A DNA stretch of 64,000 nt from Azolla caroliniana (taxonomy: Eukaryota; Plantae; Polypodiophyta): assembly GCA_043228905.1 (NCBI GenBank), contig JBHGNT010000022.1, positions 7,378,001 to 7,442,000 of the forward strand. Direction: 5' to 3'. Under the pieces are notes generated by a model, which searched no databases, was not told the origin of the DNA, and saw only the letters and a program-made list of their open reading frames with translations. A program made the translations under genes and the position numbers. This document shows positions 37,273-49,800 of the stretch, one piece after another; the first letter of the stretch is position 1, and each line of letters begins with the position of its first letter.

Positions 37273-40200
37273 TGATGAAAAGTTACATGTGCGGAAGCGT
37301 GTGCGATAGACACCGAGTACATAGTCGATTCTTCGGAACACAATAGTCAGGTAAACGTAGGGAATGGGTACACAATGAGTAAGAGAGAGAGACAGAGACA
37401 CCAAACAACAAGTTCAATTACAAAATAATTTTAAACACTCTACACATACAACGTGCTTAGTGAGCACTTTTTATATACAAGCCCTGATGAGTGGGCTGAC
37501 ACAAGTATTGACAAGTACTTGAATGCTCATTAATTGAGCCTGACACTAACAACCTATAATATTTCTATTTGCTATAATAGGAATATAGGCCCCTAACGGC
37601 CTTTTGGATTTCATCCCACTTGGCACACCCAAATTAAACTCTATTTGATTCGGCTCTCGGCTTCTTCAACCGATTTGGCCCATGTTGAGCTTGTCTCTCA
37701 ACACTCCCCTCAAGCTCAAGTTGAGGTCCCGATGTGTCAACTCTGGCCGGTTCGTCACTTCAACCTTCTCTTATGGCATCCCAACGCCTTGCTTGTGTTC
37801 CTCGTCCAGTTTGGTCCTGTGTCCCACGACCCCTCCGGTATGGCGCTCCTCGACTCGTTTGGTTCCGTGCACCTCAACTCCTACGGTCGGCTTGTCTGCT
37901 ACTCAAGCCCTTCTCAACTCCCTCCCTGTCGTGGTATTGGCACCCCTCGACCCGTCGGCTCCTCCGTCTCGGCATTGGCTTTGGTTGCCTTCTCGTCTAA
38001 CTGGCCTTCATGTGATTTGGTTCATCTGAATCGATCTCCTGAACCGAATCGGCAGTCTCTGATTCATTCCTGCTCTTGCCTGAATTGGCTGTATCCAATT
38101 CATCTTCCTTTAGGCCCTTAACCACATCTGCCCATGTCTAGGTCCTAACCTTCACTTGGTCAACTCTTTCCTTTTCGACTATACAACCTCTCTCGGCTCT
38201 ACCTCCCCTTGGTTCGGTTGGCTCTAGCTTCGGCTCTCTCTTTTGGCTGCTCCCCCTACATGTGGCTAGTGTTTGCTTAGCCGATCTTCTTCCATCTGTC
38301 TATACATCCAACATGCCCTTGGCTGCTCCAGCCAACCCGGATGTTCCGACTTCTAAAATTGTGCCGAAATCGAATTCTTCATCCGATTCGGCTTTTCGGA
38401 CTTCGTCTCTCTCCTTTTCGGCTTCACTCCTCCCCCGCAAGTTCGGCATGTCAAGATGCTATAAGCCAAGCATACTTGAAAAATGCCACAACTTGTCTAT
38501 GCTAAGAGGTTTGGTGAAGATATCAGCAACTTGCCGATCAGTCGGAACATACACAAGTTTGACTTCACCAAAGAGGACTCGCTCGCGGACAAAATGATAG
38601 TGCACCTCGATGTACTTTGTCCGAGCGTGGAAAACAAGGTTTTTCGCAAGTTGGATGATGCTGAGGTTGTCGTAGTATATCACTATTGGTTCAGACACCT
38701 CCACTTGCAAATCCTTTTAATAGCCTTTTGAGGAAAATGGCTTCGCACATAGTGACAGCTGCCCCTCGATACTTGGCCTCAGTGCTCGACAGTCCCACTG
38801 CCGGATGCTTTTTGCTACTACAGGCGATCCCCATGCTTCCTAATGAAAATGCGAATCCGGATGTTGACGTGTGATTGCCGACATTTCCGGCCCAATCGAC
38901 ATCCGTATAGTCGGTTAACTCCTCGGCTACTCCTGCCCGATACAACAATGCCCTATCCTTTGTGCCGCTGACATATCGCAATATCGTTTGCGCGCACTGA
39001 AGGTGTTCAGCCTTTGGCTACAACATGAGTTGACTGATCAAGCCGATTGGGTAACTGAGGTACAGCTGAGTGATTGTCAAATAGATGAGGCTTCCGAAAA
39101 AATTTCGGAACCGTGCCGAGTCACATGCCATTACCGAATTTTGGCGAAGCTTCACATTTTTTATTAGAGGGGTTGAGATGGACTTACAATCCGCCATCCT
39201 GAACTTGAAGAGAATATTCAACACATAATGGTGTTGGCTGATCAATATGCCTTCAGGGGTTCAAATCACTTTGATCTCGAGGAAGTAATGAAGGTCCCCC
39301 AGATCCTTCATTTCGAATGATGCCAAAAGCTGAAACTTTACTCCACCGATTTCTCCGAGGTCAACACCGGCAATGACTAGATCATCGACATATAACAGAA
39401 TGGTAATCGGTCCGGTCCAACTCATTCGAATGAACAATGAAGAGTCCAATTTTGATGGAGCAAACCCATCTTACGCAGTTGCTGCATGATCTTTGCGTTC
39501 CAGGCATGTGGGGCTTGCTTGAGTCCATACAATGACTTCTTCAATCAACAAACTGCCGATCTGTTCCATTCGGATAGAAATCCGGGGGTTGTAATATGTA
39601 TACTTGTTCCTCAAGATCGTCTTGCAAGAACACGTTCTTTACATCCATCTAATGTAAATGCCACCCATTTGCCACTGCTACTGCTAGCAATACATGGACA
39701 ATTGTCATCCTCGCAACCGGCGCAAAGGTCTCGTTGTAATCGATACTGTGTTTCTACGCATAGCCCTTGGCCACCAATCGGGCCTTATATCGGTTGACTG
39801 AGCCATCGGCGTTGTACTTGACCTTGTACACCTACCTGCATCCGATTGGGTTCACACCATTGGGGGCGTCAACCAAGTCCCAAGTCTCATTCTTTGATAA
39901 TGCTCACATCTCTTCCTCCATGGCATTCTGCTAATTGGTGTCTTTCACCGCTTCTGCGTAGCTCTCCACCTCACGCACTTCTACCACCTTCACCATATAC
40001 GCTTAATGATGCACCATATACTGTTTGTACCCGTACTAAATTATGGGATTCTTCTAGCGTGTGGATCAACGCAACTTTTGGTTTGCCAATTTCATTGCCC
40101 TCTCCGCTGACTTCGACCTCAGTTTTGGGGGTTCCTCTTTGCTCTTGGCCACGTCGGATTCGCGTCGATCCAATGTATCGGCCTCGCTGCCATATTCCGA

Positions 40201-40640
40201 CATCTTCATCTTCCCCTTCTCCTTGTGCGTAAGCCGTCTCCTCAGTTTCTGGCATGGGGATTGCACGACCGAGTCTCTAGTACTCACGGACTCTTCATCT
40301 GACTGGTCCTTTCGACTCAACCGCTCATTCGGCCCACTTAGCCAAAATGAGATTAGACTCTCTTCTAGAGTTCCAATTTCCTCTTCCTCTAGGGGCATCT
40401 CGACCTCATTGACCTCATCCTCAAAATTCGGAATGGAGTTGATGGGGGTTGGAGAGGAGGGCACGTACCACAAAGCCGACTCATCGATCACAACATCTTG
40501 GCTGACTTGGACGTCTTTCGTTTGGGGGTTATAACATTTATAACCCTTTTTCTTGTCCAAGTAGACGACCAAGATACACTTCTCGAATTTGGCATCTAAT
40601 TTCCTTTGCTTCTCCTTCGGCACATGCACATATGCTATGT
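37273..40640 (-). mobile_element. Copia E2 3' half (IN C-term, RT, RNase H, 3' LTR 37273-37703), decayed; appears inserted into E1
   Basis: LLYVDDLVI, HARTKYIEVHYHFVRE, ADIFTKPL and KLDAKFEKCI; LTR related to the E1 LTR; PPT complement at 37704. Confidence 0.82.
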
Positions 40641-41126
40641 TGTTGAATACCCAACTTCCACCGCTTCTCCTTGTTGAGAGACAAGCTCAACAATGGGCCG
40701 ATTCGGCTGAAGAAGCCGAGAACCAAGGGCCGAAGGCCGTGATCCGAGGATTCGGCTGAAGAAGCCAAGGGCCGGGGGCCGAGGGCCGTGAGCCGAGTAG
40801 GAAGGATTCCGAAAGGCATTTGAGGGTTTATATTCCTACTATGGTAAATAGGAATATTGTAGACAAATTTAGTGTTAGGCTCATTTACGAGCATTCAAGT
40901 ATTGATGGTACTTGTGTCAACCCACTTGTTAGGGGCTTGTATAAAAAGTGTTCATTGAGCACAATGCATGTACAGAGTGTTCATTATTTGAAATAGAAGT
41001 TTTTGTCTGCTCTCTCTGTCTCTCTCTCTCCCATACACCATTCTCTGTGTTTAACTAACTATTGAGTTTCCGAAACCAACTGTGTACTCGATGTCTATTG
41101 CACACATTCTTTTCATGGTATCAAAG
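40641..41126 (+). mobile_element. LTR of the E family in opposite orientation followed by a PBS (truncated element)
   Basis: TGTTGA...TTTCA (41115) then TGGTATCAAAG; similar to the reverse complement of 37273-37560. Confidence 0.7.
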
Positions 41127-42181
41127 TGCAAGGATTCAAACTCCTCACATAGTCACATCATGGTTCAAATCTATATAGAGAACAAAATACCTTACTTTAT
41201 TTGTTCCTCATCACAACAATTGGAACCAATGATGAAACATCAATCATTAAATATAACTAAAGTCACCAACTAGTATTGTCTAATATCAAAATGAAACTTG
41301 AACATTTCTTTTACCTTGATTGCAGTTTAGTTACGTTAACCACCATTTGTTATAATGGTTATTGCCAATAAGAAATTCACAAAAGATAGACAAATAGTAG
41401 CCTCCTCAAACTAGGTCCTTTGTAAAGCCATGTTCGCCATAATAAGCTATAATTTGATGGTGGTCATTGAAGGCAAATTAGAGTGCATGATAGAGCATAA
41501 CATTTACCATGAGATTTGCATTATGTGATGAGTGGTCACAAAGAGACTATAATTTGCAGTGAAGAACTTCCAGACATGTGTGGAAACAGAGTAAACAAAC
41601 AAAAAGACTTTTTTGAGTAGTTCCATCTACTCTATGAGACTCGTAGCCCACAACCTCGTAACAAATATATTGGCACAGCATTTGATAAATTCAATATTTT
41701 TTGTAATGAACAAAATAGACGGCAATCACACTTTGTTTGGCCATATGAATGAGGCCTGTACATATTTAGGCCTGTACACACTAAGTGCAATGCAAATATA
41801 CCATCCTAACCAACAAAAAAACCTCTTATTTAACACGTACAAACAACTAAAACAACCAATAATGATGAGTAACTCTTAAACTTTATCACTATTTTGGCAT
41901 GAGAGCAACTGTATTAATATAGTGCGAATTATGGGGAAACAACTTGACCAAGGATAGCTTTTATTAGTTTTTAGATATAACAATATGTATTTATACTAGA
42001 AGAGAAAAACAAAATTTGGATGCGAATTAGTACAAACCATGAGCAAGGCGAACAGACACTCAAATGTCTCATCCTCATTAGAATGTGTTATGAAAACGTA
42101 AAGTAGAAATCTTTCTCAATCAATGCAAATATTTTTCAGCAACCATAGTGACGGAAGAAAAACAATATATCATGTTCCCTA

Positions 42182-44813
42182 TCAGCGGGCCGCTAATGCC
42201 AAAATCTGCTGCACATTAGATTCATCGGCAAGCTCTCCTGGAGTCTGAATGAAAGACAGTTCTAGTTTAGATAGGTAGAGAAAACCTCAAAAAGGAACAC
42301 ATTAGACTTACAAAATGACCAAATTTATGATAAGATACATATAGAAACTGTCCAACCTTTCCCTGAGCATTTCGAACATTCGGGGATGCCCCATGGTTCA
42401 AAAGCTCTTCCACCACATGTTCATGATTGCCTCGTGCACCATGATGAAGTGGCTAGAAATTACAACAAAACTTAATGACTTCTTAGAAATATGTACAATA
42501 TTTGATTATTTTTGTTTTTGTTATAGCTATATGAACAACTTCCAAACAACTCTTACAGTATCCCCATCAATGTCGGTTGTCTCTAGCATATTTTTGAGCT
42601 TCTCTGGGCTTCCAGCCGCTTGCATTAAGGTCTTCACAATGTCCACATATCCTACAATCATAAAGCATAAAATGATTACGAATAGATTTCAAAACATGTA
42701 CAGGTAAAATCAATGCTAGAAATCCATCACTTTCGAAATGGATTTGATGTTACAATGGGCATAAAAACAATAATCAAATTTCTTGTACAGTGCTTTTGTA
42801 TTGTACTGACGTCAATTCAAGTTAAGCAGAAAAACACTAGAAACACCCTTAAATATATATGATACTAAGCATAAAACCATTTTAGTTCTCCAAAATTACC
42901 ACAATATCTCTCCTTGAGTCTTTGAAACATTCACTGAACTAAAAAAGAGGTACACATAAAAAATTTCAAAACATAGAGCTTGTGCTAAAATATTAAAAGT
43001 GTAAGGAGTATTCTGATGTTTTTCCTCCAAAATTTAATTGATAAAACACATTACCTCCCGCACATGCATCATGGAGAGGTATCGCTCCATCTTCATCTTT
43101 CACATCAATAGCTGCTCCAGCCTCTAATAAAACCTATAATGCTCAAATAAAACACAAATTTAGCACATTTTTGTAATAGAAATCTTTGAGGAATATTCCT
43201 AAACCCTAAATATGTCCTTAGGCATTTGTTAACATGACTAACTCAATCAAGTGCCTCGTTCATTTTATCTAATGCGAGTCAATACTAGTAGATGTCAATA
43301 CTAGCAGTTGTCACCCGCTTAAGGTACTTTTGCCTCAGAACTGATTGGATCTATGTTTTGCAACAGACTGGTGAAGCACTTTTTGAGTATGTCAATACTA
43401 GTAATTGTCACTCTCTTAAGGCACTTTTGCTTGTTTCCTCTCAGCCAGAAGTTTGATTTTTATGAGTTATAGTATACTACAGGTTTTGAGACCTTAATCT
43501 GAGGTAAAAAGCCACAAAAATGGATTACATGACCACTTGGTCACAACAATTGTCTTTTGACAAGAAAAATTTCAAAGCTGGAATATATCTATATACCCCT
43601 GTATATTGTTTGAGCCATAGAAAGAATGTAAAGCTAGCCTCAGCAGGGATACACCCATATACATACATTTAGACACACACAGACAAGCATCCATACTTCC
43701 ATCAATGGTCACAAACAAGCATCCATATACATACACATCCATATATAGATACACCGCATCAATAAATTCATACGTCTGGATATGCATTCTCCATCCATGC
43801 TTACAATTGACACACACAAGCAAATGGTATACATACATGCACACAAACGAAAATAGTATGTGTATAGAATCACCAACGGCATGCATACACAAACAGATGA
43901 CATGCCAACAAACACCACAAATCAGATGCTTGCACGCACATACAAAAATGGCATGCATACACCACATAGATGACATGTCTACACATAAACAAATGACATT
44001 CAGCCAGACATAGCAGCAGACACAAACCATATATACATATATACATACACAGACACATATATAAGTATATAAATGTATAAATACAAGCATGCACACACAT
44101 ACATAGAGAGTACATACACACACAACTACAAATATAAAGTGAAGACACCAAATCAAGTTTCCTTTAACGAGATAGAAGTGAACCAAAAGGCCAGAGTATT
44201 CAAACCTGAACACAGTTGTGATGACCATAAAGACATGCTAAGTGCAAGGCTGTATCTCCATCTTCACCACCTTCATTTACACTCCCACACAACTCAGCTG
44301 ATAACAGAAATAGCAGAATTTAATGACAACCAAAAGTTCAGTCGGTCTTTAAAAATGCATTCTGAAAATTTTGAAATCAATTCAGTCTACAAAACATCTA
44401 TTGAAATTTTTTAAATCAATGCCTCGTTTTTCCATCTTTTTCTTTTCTTTTTCAACACTTTCCCTACATTGTTCATTCAGTTTTCCCTCATTTTTCCTTG
44501 TTCTTTTACAGATGAATCATAGTAAAAAAAAAAAAAAACAAAGCAGCATAAAAGAGGAAAACAAAGACAAAACCGCAGGACCACTATAGGAAAGAAACAC
44601 GCACACACATATATACACAGAGGAAAAGAATCAGCCACCTAGAGCTTGACGAAGAAGATCAACGTGTCCTTCTTCAGATGCAATGAGAAGCTTTGCAAGA
44701 TCTTGAGGTAACCTGACCATTTGTTGTTCGTCTATTTCATCATCATCATCATCTTCTTCTTCATTTTCTTCTTCTGCTGCTGCTTCAACATCCATGTCAA
44801 GAGGCACAGCCAT
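42182..44813 (-). CDS. Ankyrin-repeat protein, ~199 aa, acidic N-terminus; exons 44813-44639, 44297-44206, 43133-43055, 42651-42557, 42452-42357, 42244-42182
   Basis: In-phase GT-AG introns (600 nt). Ankyrin motifs DGDTALHLACLYGH, DGAIPLHDACAGGY, DGDTPLHHGARGNH and GKTPGELA. Confidence 0.92.
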
Positions 44814-44982
44814 GGATCTCCTGGTTTCTGCTGTGTTTGCAATAGGAAGTTATCACAAACCTTCACATTTACGAAAGTGTTATGAAGGAATTCCCTAAAA
44901 CTTGACCCATTCTTTCCCAACCAGCAAGTTCTTTTTTAATGTACCAAATTGTTGTCATGTCGACAAGGTTTACTCATCCAAG

Positions 44983-45003
44983 ATTTAGGTTAGGGTTAGG
45001 TTT
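44983..45003 (-). promoter_or_regulatory. Telo-box-like AAACCCTA(ACCCTA) upstream of the ankyrin gene
   Basis: TTAGGTTAGGGTTAGGGTTT on +, ~170-190 bp upstream of the ATG. Confidence 0.4.
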
Positions 45004-45061
45004 TTATTTGCCTACAATAGCCTTTAGATTCTTATAGGAGAAGAGAGTTAGCGCCGAATCC

Positions 45062-45128
45062 ATGTAACTCAGTTGGTAAGGTTGCTTGATTTGAGACCAA
45101 AAGGTCATGGGTTCAACCCTTACATCCC
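45062..45128 (+). pseudogene. Degenerate tRNA-like sequence (tRNA pseudogene or SINE head)
   Basis: A-box TAACTCAGTTGG at 45065 and B-box-like GGTTCAACCC at 45110 in tRNA spacing; partial TTG..CAA anticodon arm; acceptor stem broken. Confidence 0.6.
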
Positions 45129-45231
45129 ACAGATGCATGTAGTACATACTACATAGTTAAAGAGATATGTTATTGAGTAATAGAGAAATGGGGTAAGTGG
45201 GTTTCACTCCTGAATCATAGTGTAAATAGTC

Positions 45232-45420
45232 TGATAATTTTACTCTTAACAACTTACCATTAGGGTAAAGCTAAGTACGCGTTAAGAGGTTATTGTTGAG
45301 GATAGTTTTTTGTTTCGTATTGTATGATAATTTTACTCTTAACAACTTACCATTAGGGTAAAGCTAAGTACGAGTTAAGAGGTTATTGTTGAGGATAGTT
45401 TTTTGTTTCGTATTGTATGA
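45232..45420. repeat. 93-bp near-perfect tandem duplication
   Basis: TGATAATTTTACTCTTAAC at 45232 and 45325. Confidence 0.92.
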
Positions 45421-45499
45421 AGAAAGATAGAGATAGATAAATAGATTCTATTATTGCCATCGGCGGACAAATATGATCTATGGGACCAAAAATCTTATA

Positions 45500-46051
45500 T
45501 TTCATGTACTACATGTGAAAGTGAGTAGCGACTCTCAATGTTCAAGAAATTTACCGATGAATGTTGCAATCAAGAGTCCACATTGTGGTTGCGAGAGAAA
45601 TTCGTGCAAGGATTGCGCTTGATCAAAGATGTGTGGAAAGCATGGTCGAATATCATCAAAGGTAGAACATTGTATCAAAGTGCGATACTCAGGCTCATGA
45701 ACTTGTGTAGGGCAAAGTGTGCATAGTTGACAACCCTCATCACTTGTGCCCCAACGCACCGTCTCACATCGCAATGCATTTTAACCCATGCACTTATCTT
45801 TTATTCTATTATACATCTAAATAGTTTTTCGTGCAAGGATTGTGCTTGATCACAGATGTGTGGAAAGCATGGTCGAATATCATCAAAGGTAGAACATTGT
45901 ATCAAAGTGCGATACTCAGGCTCATGAACTTGTGTAGGGCAAAGTGTGCATAGTTGACAACTCTCATCACTTGTGCCCCAACGCACCGTCTCACATCGCA
46001 ATGCATTTTAACCCATGCACTTATCTTTTATTCTATTATAGATCTAAATAG
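45500..46051 (-). mobile_element. RTE/RTEX-like LINE C-terminal fragment with a 227-bp tandem duplication
   Basis: LRCETVRWG...LCTLCP...EPEYRTLIQC occurs twice; copies start at 45601 and 45828. Confidence 0.65.
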
Positions 46052-46121
46052 CTTTGTCATGAGCGAGCCAACCATGATGGTTTGATAGTTGTTTACATTA
46101 TTTAAGGTTTGATCCAATTTG

Positions 46122-46381
46122 TGTCATGGACATGACAATAGCCATGTCAAGATTCGAAATCTCCACCTCTTGTATTATAATCAAGTGTTATGTGTTAACC
46201 AACATATCCAATATATGATCATGTTATGTATATCTTAATAGATTATCTATTCGATGTTCTAGGAGTTTTTAGAAGCTTCCAGAAAGCTCCATAAAAATGG
46301 AACTACATGTAGAGCCCACAAAATGTATAAAACAAGGTCAAGGTGAACCCCTGTATTTATATATTTTTGTGGACTCTACAT
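46122..46381 (+). mobile_element. Chromovirus-family LTR fragment; left arm of a foldback
   Basis: Matches 52812-53070 directly; from ~46335 it switches to an inverted copy that continues at 52435-52655. Confidence 0.8.
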
Positions 46382-46852
46382 TGTTAGAGTTTTGAGAATT
46401 CTTCATGCACAACGAAACACGTAGTATGCTTCCAAGATCAATAAATAACATACATGTATAGAGATAGAGACATAGACATTAACAAATGATGTAGATATAG
46501 AGGAAAGGTTCAATCTATCATAGTATAAGAATAAAAAGATATGTATACAATATAGGGAGGAAGAATTCTTATATATATGATTCTTCTACACTCAAATCTC
46601 TATAGCCTTCTTTTATACTAGTGAAGAACTTTTGCATGAACACCACTTGTTAGACATGCTTTTCTGTATGCACACCACTTTTGCATGCATATATTATGAC
46701 ATGCAATTACCTTTATCATTGACTAATATTGACTATTGAATAATATAATATAATAAATCAATAATGGTTTATAGTTAAATCAAATAATTATGAACACATA
46801 TGTCATGTGTTCAAGTCCTTACAAGTATGAGCTTGACTTCTAACACTCCCCC

Positions 46853-49800
46853 TCAAGCTCGAGGTGATATATCTCCTATGTTCATTTGATGCATGAACTT
46901 CTTTAACTTTTCTGAATCCAAAAACTTTGTAAATATATCTGCAACTTGATCACCTGTCTTAACATGTAACAAAAGAATTTCTTTGGTTATCACTTTTTCT
47001 CTTATGAAATGATAGTGAACTTCAATGTGTTTGCTCCTTGCATGAAATACTAGATTCTTCGCTAAATAGATTGTTGACATACTATCTGAACATAAAATAA
47101 AATCACCAGAATTTATTTGTAAATCACCCAATACTTTCTTCAACCACATCACTACACAAGTAGCATTTTCTAGAGATCTGTACTCTGCTTCTGTCGATGA
47201 CAACGCTACTGTTGGTTGTTTCTTCGAACTCCATGATATGGTTTTTGTACCTATCATAAACACATATCCAGCCCAATCAACATCACAATACCCTTTTGGG
47301 TCTAAATTAACATTATTATCATAAATTAAACCATAATTGATAGTTCCTTTAATGTATCTCCAAATTCTTCGAGCAACTTTTAAATGATTCGTGATGGGCT
47401 CCTGCATAAATTGTGACAAAATGCCAACAACATGAACAATGTCCGGCCTTGTGATTGTAGCATAAATCAATGACCCAATTATAGTTCTATATAGTTGAGA
47501 ATTTTCAATCTTTTCACCATCATCATATGTAAACTTAGAATTAACATCCAAAGGTATTCGTAACGGTTTACATGTTGACATTCCAAACTTCCTAAGCACA
47601 TCAATCAAGTATTTTCTTTGTGATAAGCATAATTCATTTTCTTTTTTTACTATCTCAATACCTAAGAAATATTTCAACTCGCCAACATCTGAAATTTTGA
47701 ATTCAGATTTCAGCTTCCTTTTAACATCATTGATATTCTCATCATCATCGCTTATAACAATCAAGTCATCAACATAAATGCATATAGAAATGAGTTTTCC
47801 TTTTGTCACATTCACAAACAAAGAAGGATCAACATCGGATTCTCTAAGACCATTTTGCATCAAATATACCACCAATTTGTAGTACCATGCCCTTGGAGCT
47901 TGCTTTAACCCATATAAAGCTTTCTTAAGGTTACAAATATAAGTTGGAAATTTAGGGTGTACATACCCTTTTGGCTGTTCCATATATATTTCTTCCAACA
48001 AATCACCATTTAGAAAAGCATTTTTTACATCTAATTGAAACAATTTCCAACTTTTTGTTGCTGCAATTGCTAACAATGTCCTTATTATGGTCATTTTTGC
48101 TATAGGACTAAATGTCTCCTCATAATCTATTCCATATGTCTGTGCAAAACCTTTTGCTACCAATCTAGCTTTATATCTAGCAATTGAACCATCCGAATTG
48201 TGTTTTACCTTAAATACCCACTTACATCCAATTGGCTTTTGTGTTGCACCTTTTGGTACAAGGACCCATGTCTTGTTATCTACCAATGCTTACATCTCCT
48301 CGTCCATTGCATCTTGCCATTTCTCACTTTTGCTTGCTTCCTCGAAACATGATGGTTCTTCTACTTTTATAACTTGAGACATATAAGCATAATGATTAAC
48401 CATAAATGAATCATAAGTAAGTCTTTGAACAGGATAACTTACTCTTGATGAGCGTTGCAACATGCTTTGGTTGTGTTGTTCTTCATCTTCATTCCCACTT
48501 GGCCTTTCTATCCACAATTGATGTTCTTCTTCAATTTTACCTTTTGATTTGTTTGTACTTCCTTTTGTATCTACTTCATTTTTCTTCAATTTCCCGGACC
48601 AAGGACTTACTTCCTTCGTCGATGTTGAGGAACTAGAAATTGATGGTCCACTCAACTCTATACTCTCTTGTGTTTTTTCATGTCTTTGTTGTATTTGACT
48701 TTCTTCAAACTCTTCTACCTGTAACGTTTTAGACTCTACATACCAAGATGAAAGCTCATTGAACTCAACATCCCTACTTACTTTTAATTCTTTTGTGGAA
48801 GGATTATAACATCGATATCCTTTCTATTCAGGTGAGTATCCAACAAACACACACTTTTTTGATTTAGCATCTAATTTTGTTCTCAACTCTTGAGGAACAT
48901 GCACATAGCATACACAACCAAAAAATTTCAAATGAGCCAAGTTAGGCTTCTTATTTGTCCAAACCTCTTCTAGTGTAACACTATGTATACTTGCAATTGG
49001 GCATCTATTGATCAAGTACAGTATGAACAACATCAGCCCAAAACGAATGAGGCATACATTTTTCATTAAGCATTGACCTTGCAACTTCGACAATGGCTCT
49101 ATTTGTTCTCTTAACAACGCCATTGTGTTGAGGCGTGTATCTACATGTATATTGTCTTTTTATTCCACAATCATATAAAAAATTTGAAAATTCATGAGAA
49201 AAATATTCTCCCCCTCCATCTAACCTTAATATTTTTATCTTAACATTTGCTTCATTTTCTACTTGATTCTTAAATATCTTAAAATAATAAAAAACATCTG
49301 ACTTATTTTTCATAAAGTACACCAAAACCTTTCTTGAATAATCATCAATAAAGGTCACATAATACTTGCTTCCTCCATGTGATACTTCTTTTGACGGACC
49401 CCAAACATCAGTATGTATTAGCTGTAACACACGAGAGCTCATGAATCTTTCTTTCTTAAAGGGCAACCTAGCTTGTTTTCCAAATTGACAAGCTTTCACA
49501 TACATAATGCATCTCTTTATTCTTAAAATGAGGCAAACCAAACACTAACTCATTCAACTGCATACTTTTTAACTTTTGTAAATTCACATGACCAATCCTC
49601 TTATGCCATAAATCAATTTCAACAATCTTTTCATTTCCATGTGCAAAGCATGTCCTATCATCTTTCGTAATATCCATGGTAAACATCCTTCCCTCTTTTT
49701 TTCCTTTAGCAATCATCTTATATCCTTTCTTGGGATCTTCTATAAAACACCCTTTATAATTAAATTTTACTTGTAATCCTTTCTCCACCATTTGTCCTAT

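Noticed and set aside
36820-38440. env-like extra ORF downstream of RNase H in E1/E2
   Set aside because: There is only a short charged extension and purine-rich sequence, with no long ORF or TM segment.
43572-44228. 218-aa Cys/Val-rich ORF, and similar ORFs at 15901-16107 and 24385-24926
   Set aside because: These are translations of decayed CA/TA/GA microsatellites, in this case inside an ankyrin-gene intron.
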